A DNA stretch of 60,276 bases, counting the filler, from Nemertoderma westbladi (taxonomy: Eukaryota; Animalia; Xenacoelomorpha), in assembly GCA_032718475.1 (NCBI GenBank). It is 3 parts of 3 records of this genome, joined end to end, with 100 filler letters (N's around TTAATTAATTAA, not from the genome) between each part and the next. Parts side by side here need not be neighbours in the genome. Positions count along the whole stretch, not along the records: positions 26,050 to 50,552 come from JAUCBJ010003077.1; positions 50,653 to 60,276 come from JAUCBJ010000920.1; 1 more part is not named here. One strand, written 5' to 3'. Both the position numbers and the translations under genes were made by a program. The notes beneath the pieces are model-generated. The model was not told the DNA's origin. It did no database searches and was given only the letters and a program-made list of their open reading frames with translations. Positions 47,801-60,276 of the stretch are shown in pieces. Positions within the stretch are counted from its first letter, which is position 1, and each line of letters begins with the position of its first letter.

Positions 47801-48952
47801 TTACAATTGAAGGTAAACCCTGTCACCAACACCTAATCCACGGCCTCCTCCATTATCACCTAGACCACCGCCACCAACACCTAGTCCACCATCTCCTCCA
47901 CCAACACCTAGTCCACCCACACCGCCACCAACACCTAGTCCACCCTCTCCTCCACCAACACCTAGTCCACCCTCTCCTCCACCAACACCTAGTCCACCCA
48001 CACCGCCACCAACACCTAGTCCACCCTCTCCTCCACCAACACCTAGTCCACCCTCTCCTCCACCAACACCTAGTCCACCCTCTCCTCCACCAACACCTAG
48101 TCCACCCTCTCCTCCACCAACACCTAGTCCACCCTCTCCTCCACCAACACCTAGTCCACCCACACCGCCACCAACACCTAGTCCACCCTCTCCTCCACCA
48201 ACACCTAGTCCACCCACACCGCCACCAACACCTAGTCCACCCACACCGCCACCAACACCTAGTCCACCCTCTCCTCCACCAACACCTAGTCCACCCACAC
48301 CGCCACCAACACCTAGTCCACCCTCTCCTCCACCAACACCTAGTCCACCCACACCGCCACCAACACCTAGTCCACCCTCTCCTCCACCAACACCTAGTCC
48401 ACCCACACCGCCACCAACACCTAGTCCACCCTCTCCTCCACCAACACCTAGTCCACCGCCACCAGCTGCAACACCTCCGACACCAAGTTGTCTCATGCTG
48501 AAAAGATTATGTGCAATATTATGAGTCTGGATATCTACATAGTTCAACATGGCTTCCACAGGGCACTCTATTCCGCCGTTATAGTAAACTATCTGAGCCG
48601 TGTGGTACAATTCACATTCTCTACTAATACGAGATTCAGTAGCAATATCAACAGGACGTCGCCTTTGCCAACATATGTGTGGATTATTCGGATCATCCGG
48701 GTCAGATATCCACATATCGTTCCTTATCAGCGCATAAGCAACTGGCTGATAGGGGCGATTCTCGGCGCGATTTGCAGTGTTAACTAAACAACACCCAACA
48801 CATTGAACAGTTGTACCTCTTGTGTTATCGCGTTTCTTTGAAAATTCAAACACAACTCCTTCATGTCGGTTGCTCTCAAACAGGGCCAGACTATTTTTAC
48901 GCTTTGTGAATCCATATTTAACTCTACCATAATCTGGCACCGGTACATCCAT
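47801..48952 (-). CDS. CCHC (FLYWCH/WRKY-like) zinc-finger protein with Gly-rich repeat tail, inside the foldback element
   Basis: MDVPVPDYG...CVGC...DPDDPNNPHIC followed by about 22 GLGVGGG(E/V)G units; intact to the stop. Confidence 0.55.
   Translation of the reverse strand: MDVPVPDYGRVKYGFTKRKNSLALFESNRHEGVVFEFSKKRDNTRGTTVQCVGCCLVNTANRAENRPYQPVAYALIRNDMWISDPDDPNNPHICWQRRRPVDIATESRISRECELYHTAQIVYYNGGIECPVEAMLNYVDIQTHNIAHNLFSMRQLGVGGVAAGGGGLGVGGGEGGLGVGGGVGGLGVGGGEGGLGVGGGVGGLGVGGGEGGLGVGGGVGGLGVGGGEGGLGVGGGVGGLGVGGGVGGLGVGGGEGGLGVGGGVGGLGVGGGEGGLGVGGGEGGLGVGGGEGGLGVGGGEGGLGVGGGEGGLGVGGGVGGLGVGGGEGGLGVGGGEGGLGVGGGVGGLGVGGGDGGLGVGGGGLGDNGGGRGLGVGDRVYLQL
47860..48462. repeat. 27-bp minisatellite with two alternating variants
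   Basis: CCACCAACACCTAGTCCACC + CTCTCCT or CACACCG. Confidence 0.95.
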
Positions 48953-50187
48953 ATTAGAGAAACGCAAATATTTTTCCTACCGGTACCTATTTAAATTAAT
49001 CTAATCATTCTACCTATGTGTTTTATTTTTCTTACCTATTTTTATTATTATTTTTATCTACCTATTTTTTTAATCATTTTACCTATTTTTGTTCTATTGA
49101 GTTACCGTACAGTACTGCAATAGGTCAGTATACTGCAGTAGGCCTACCGTACTTCTGTACTTTGACTGGATATTGGATTGTTTTTTTGGTTAGTGTTGGT
49201 CCGGCACAAACCATAATTAAAACAGTCATTTAACCCTAACCCTAAGTCATGATAGGCTACCTCCAGTGTGGCAGTAAATAGTTTACTACATGTACTGTAA
49301 GTAGTACTGTACAGCAGTGCTACCACCACAAGCCAAAAGTTTGAATTTCCCACCAAAGAATTTCTTCTCCCAGAATAACTGGTGGGATATAAAGCCCCCT
49401 GGGATATAAAGACCCTTGGGATATAAAGACCCCTGGGATATAAAGACCCGATTTTAGTTTAGAAGTGGGATATAACGACCCCTGGGATATAAAGACCCTT
49501 GGGATATAAAGACCCATTTTTTTAGGGTGGGATATAAAGACCCTTGGGATATAAAGACCCCTGGGATATAAAGACCTGAGACCCCCGGGTCGCCCTAATC
49601 AGCTGATTTTAAAAGTACAACAATAGTTGCTAGTATAAAGTTTACCCAATTCACCTGACAAGTGCATTATGATTGTAGTGTTAGTACCTACAGTAAACTG
49701 CGGTTGTCGCCTACACTCCACACTATCCTAAAAGAGAAGATTTTTGAGAAATGAAACAAAACACGTTTCCCCTAATTAGACATTTAAGACATTGTGAGAA
49801 ACCGCTGCTAATGGGTACTAAGGGAACTTAACACGCTAACTTATGATATTTTAATATAATCGATGGTGAGTGATGACGTAAAAGGGATTATTAAAATGAT
49901 GAAATAAAAATATAGGTTGTTTTGCCATTGATTTTGTTGGAGTTAGGGTGATTAACCAAAGCTTCTTCTGGTTTCATGGAAACTAGTAAAACCGTGATTG
50001 GGGTGTGTGTATTGCCAAGTTAATAAGAAGTCTAAACGATGAATTGTGTAAAATTAATTCCTTCCCAAATAAAAACAAAAAGTAAGGGTATATGTAACAT
50101 ATTTTTTTCACTTTAAGCATGCGAACAGCTATGATATAATATCATTAAACGCAATTTAAAATAACTTAAGATGTAATATAAATAATA

Positions 50188-50552
50188 TTATTTTCCTTTA
50201 GAAGAGTAAACTGCTCTTTGGGGCCGTTTCCCAGGTTGCGGATCGGGATAACATTTCACACATCGCACGATTGTGATTGTGATTTGTCTGCTTATACGAC
50301 TGTGTATTACATTAGACGGGAGGCAGTTTGTTTGGTTGATGCAAGTCATTCTTGGTTTGCATCTTCCAATCCCATCTGTTTCTTGGAGTCTGTGTGATAC
50401 ATGCTCGTTACGGCGGCGGCGACAGAATCCATATACTGAGAGGTCAGCCTCGGGCCGCTCAGTATACGTGCAGGTTGGGGGTGCCGGCGGTACGCAAGTA
50501 CACACCACCTTCATGCCATACCTGGCCCGGGTATGGTCATTACGGTCTTGGG
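50188..50552 (-). CDS. Possible terminal exon of a Cys-rich protein, truncated by the contig end
   Basis: The frame is open from the contig edge to the stop at 50188 and GC is higher than the flanks; no family recognised. Confidence 0.25.
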
Positions 50553-50652
50553 NNNNNNNNNNNNNNNNNNNNNNNNNNNNNNNNNNNNNNNNNNNNTTAA
50601 TTAATTAANNNNNNNNNNNNNNNNNNNNNNNNNNNNNNNNNNNNNNNNNNNN
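50553..50652. other. Artificial contig linker
   Basis: 44 N + TTAATTAATTAA + 44 N. Confidence 0.97.
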
Positions 50653-50656
50653 ACTT

Positions 50657-52967
<2,311 letters not shown>

Positions 52968-53030
52968 TGAATAAATCAAATAATATTATTTAAGTTATAT
53001 AATTTCAAAATTTTAGTACAAACATATTAA

Positions 53031-57288
<4,258 letters not shown>

Positions 57289-57360
57289 ATAATAACTCCA
57301 ACCATCTTCTCTAAATATTGTTTATCTACTCTCTACATCACATTGGTTTAATCTGTGTAG

Positions 57361-57585
<225 letters not shown>

Positions 57586-58009
57586 TAATCGTTTATTGTT
57601 TTGGTTAGAAAACACCGCCACTGCAACCTGCACCTTTATTTCCCTTAAAGTTTTATATAAAATTAAAATAATATTAAAGCCACTACAGTCCTCCTTTTTT
57701 CATAAGAAAATATAAAATCCTTTTTACCTTTTTTTTTATTTTTTGGCTGGTAGCTGGTAAGGCTGCCAATATAAACACAAGATTGATGATTTGAGCCATT
57801 AACTAAACTACTAAGGTTGTTATTCTATTAATAATAATTATTTATTTAAACATTCTTTGTTCAAGATAAATTAATAATACAAAACATAATAATATTTTAT
57901 AAATAATAATAATAACCGCACATTATTATTTAAATAATCGAAATCATTTATCGAGGACATAAGAAATCGCCATCAATATTTAACGCCGAAGTTATGAACC
58001 AATATAATT

Positions 58010-58541
58010 AATAAATTAGGTATAAGATTGCATTAATAACTTGGAAGTGTTTAAATGGAGTTGCTCCTGATTACCATCACCTGTAGTACCATCAACCAAC
58101 TATAAAACATTTGGCGATAGATCTTTTTCGGCCCCGATTACCATCACCTGTAGTACCATCAACCAACTATAAAACATTTGGCGATAGATCTTTTTCGGCC
58201 CCGATTACCATCACCTGTAGTACCATCAACCAACTATAAAACATTTGGCGATAGATCTTTTCGGCCCCGATTACCATCACCTGTAGTACCATCAACCAAC
58301 TATAAAACATTTGGCGATAGATCTTTTTCGGCGGCTGCACCGAGAATCTTTAATGACCTACCATTGGAAATCACGATAACGAGCAGTCTAGCTTCTTTCA
58401 AAACTATGCTGAAGTCACATTATTTTCTTAAGGCTTTTCCGAACTAATATTATGTAATGTACGAGTAAATGCGCATTAGACCTATTTATTTATAGATAGT
58501 GCGCTATATAAATTTGGTGTTATTATTATTATTATTATTAT
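58010..58541 (+). mobile_element. 3' end of an L2/CR1-group LINE with an internal 67-bp x4 tandem repeat
   Basis: IRYKIALITWKCLNGVAPDY...GDRSFSAAAPRIFNDLP...SLASFKTMLKSHYF*, then GCGC..GCGCTATATAAAT and a (TTA)n tail; repeats start near 58069, 58136, 58203 and 58269. Confidence 0.75.
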
Positions 58542-58689
58542 GTACAATATTAATTAATATTATATTAATACATTTATAATTATATTAATATAATTTGTAT
58601 TAATGACGTCTATAATTTGTTATAAATTTTTAAATATCAAGTGAAATTATTACGCGGCACCACCGCACCAACAGTATTGTAATACCAGC

Positions 58690-59022
58690 CGATCAGGGAG
58701 GTCCCCGCAGCCCTGCACCCTCCCCAAAGGTGAGCGCCCTCCATTGCCGTCGCCCACCCCGCGGCCGTCGCCCACACCGCAAGCAAGCAGGGTTGCTCGA
58801 AGGAGCGCCAACTGTAGGCGCCTCCGCACTCCTCCCAAAACACATGCGAGGCCGCGTTCGCGCATCCCCTGCCGCCGAGCCACAAGGGTCCCAGCGAGGT
58901 GGCGGTCGCACCACACCCGTCGGAGGTTCCGACGAGGGGGCGAAGGAGCTCCTACGATCCTCCCACACCGCACTGTAGTGGACCTTCTTAGCTCGGACTC
59001 GCTGCTCCAGGAGTCCAGGGAC
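58690..59022 (-). mobile_element. Decayed 3' fragment of an RLE-type (CRE/NeSL-like) non-LTR retrotransposon
   Basis: Across frames: LLEQ..RAKKVHY...PLV.TSDG, RLQLALLRAT, CLR...WRAL.FGEGAGL, resembling the C-terminus of CRE-like elements. Confidence 0.5.
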
Positions 59023-60069
59023 CGGATATAATATTAATTGTTTTATTTAGTGGGGGTTTATTTTTTTTACCATATAATTTATGATATAAAATGCATAAAC
59101 CGTATTTTAGTCGATTTTTGTGTAGATTTAGAAAGCCAATCCGAATATGTGAGTTTTGGAGATATAACGATTTTACTATGGCATCAAAATAAATATAAAT
59201 TATTATATTTCCATAAAATAAAATTCTATTATTTTCCCGACAAAGACATAGTAGATTTTTCCGCCCTTGAAAACGTGCGACCACGAAAACCCCGGTAGTA
59301 AAAATTCCCGCATTCTGCTTCCTCAATAACATTCATTAATGACTAATTTAATTAATTCATATTGCCAGTAACATAGAGACTGACCAATTTGCGCGGGAAG
59401 ATTCAATCTTTTACTCAGAATATTATTTCTCATTTTCTCTATCTACTTCGTCATTTTTTAATCAATCCGTTTGAATGGTCTTGACTCTTGACTGAACGTG
59501 AACGGTCACGTACGGGAACGGGACTAAAAATGTACAAAAATTTATATCATAGACCAATGATGAAACTTGTAGACAGATTACAATTTTCAATTCAATTTTT
59601 GCCATGAAATATCATAAGCGTACTAATACATATTTATATAAAAAAATAAAATGCATAATTTCAACGCATATATAAACAAAATGTTTATTTACTATTGAGA
59701 TTAACAAGAGGAGGAGTGCTTCGATAAATAAGACCTACATAAAAATTTGTTAAATAATAAAAATTGAAACTGACTGTTCGCCCACCATATACAAATATAG
59801 TAGATATAAAACAACTTATAGCACAAAGTACAAATTGCACCACTCTAAAGGATCGAACACCAAGTGGGGGGGGAGATCAATACCGATCCGGTAGGTCAGA
59901 TCCCCGTAAACCTGCGCCGTCCCCAAATCCAATAAATATAAACAAAATTATTTTAATTAACTGGAGATGCCACCAAAAAGTAAAGCCCCTTAAGGCTAGA
60001 CGACTTGCTCTATTGGGTGAGTGTGAGTGCCGTGCCCCACCCAGGTCCACTCAGCCTTTAGCAGAGCTA

Positions 60070-60071
60070 TA

Positions 60072-60102
<31 letters not shown>
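60070..60102. repeat. (GA)n microsatellite
   Basis: Direct observation. Confidence 0.9.
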
Positions 60103-60142
60103 CCCTTCGGGTCGCTAATGCCTTTATTATTTTCTACTTTAG

Positions 60143-60203
60143 GTTCGCTTTAGGAAAGAGCAGTCCATCTGCACTAAGAGAAACGGTTGTGGAAGTTCCT
60201 AAT
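60143..60203 (+). CDS. VCP: VCP internal exon (D1-D2 linker)
   Basis: TTTCTACTTTAG acceptor; RFALGKSSPSALRETVVEVPN; probable donor GTTAGT at 60204. Confidence 0.85.
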
Positions 60204-60276
60204 GTTAGTGGAATTATATACCGGTATATACGTAAATGATAAACTACTATTTACTTCACGGCAGATAAACTGGCAC

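Larger units (their letters stand above)
47467..49581. mobile_element. Foldback/MULE-like element with modular inverted arms
   Basis: Left arm about 47474-47692 of 17-bp GTCTTTATATCCCAGGG units; right arm about 49385-49576 of the reverse complement; 11-bp direct repeat CCCCCGGGTCG at 47456-47466 and 49582-49592 (candidate TSD). Confidence 0.75.

Overview
Eukaryotic (invertebrate-like metazoan) genomic DNA. The window is three separate contigs (1-25949, 26050-50552, 50653-60276) joined by artificial 100-nt N44-TTAATTAATTAA-N44 linkers, and contig 2 starts with an untrimmed amplification adapter. Contig 1 is a transposon cluster. It holds an 800-codon minus-strand Gag-like ORF that runs off the left edge, a frameshifted BEL/Pao LTR retrotransposon, a truncated Mag-like Ty3/gypsy element, and a minus-strand element encoding a DEDDy-exonuclease-like fragment plus zinc knuckles. 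Downstream of that last element is an array of structured repeats with covarying stems, a kink-turn-like motif and a UUCG hairpin. Contig 2 holds a complete 3-exon PP2A B'' (PPP2R3-type) gene whose second intron is a 9.5-kb 21-bp satellite. It also has nested non-autonomous DNA elements and a foldback/MULE-like element carrying a CCHC plus Gly-repeat ORF. Contig 3 holds four internal exons of VCP/p97/CDC48 in which the splice sites themselves are tandemly amplified: about 51 copies of an acceptor and 58 copies of a donor. The splice-site arrays and the structured-RNA-like array are the most notable findings.
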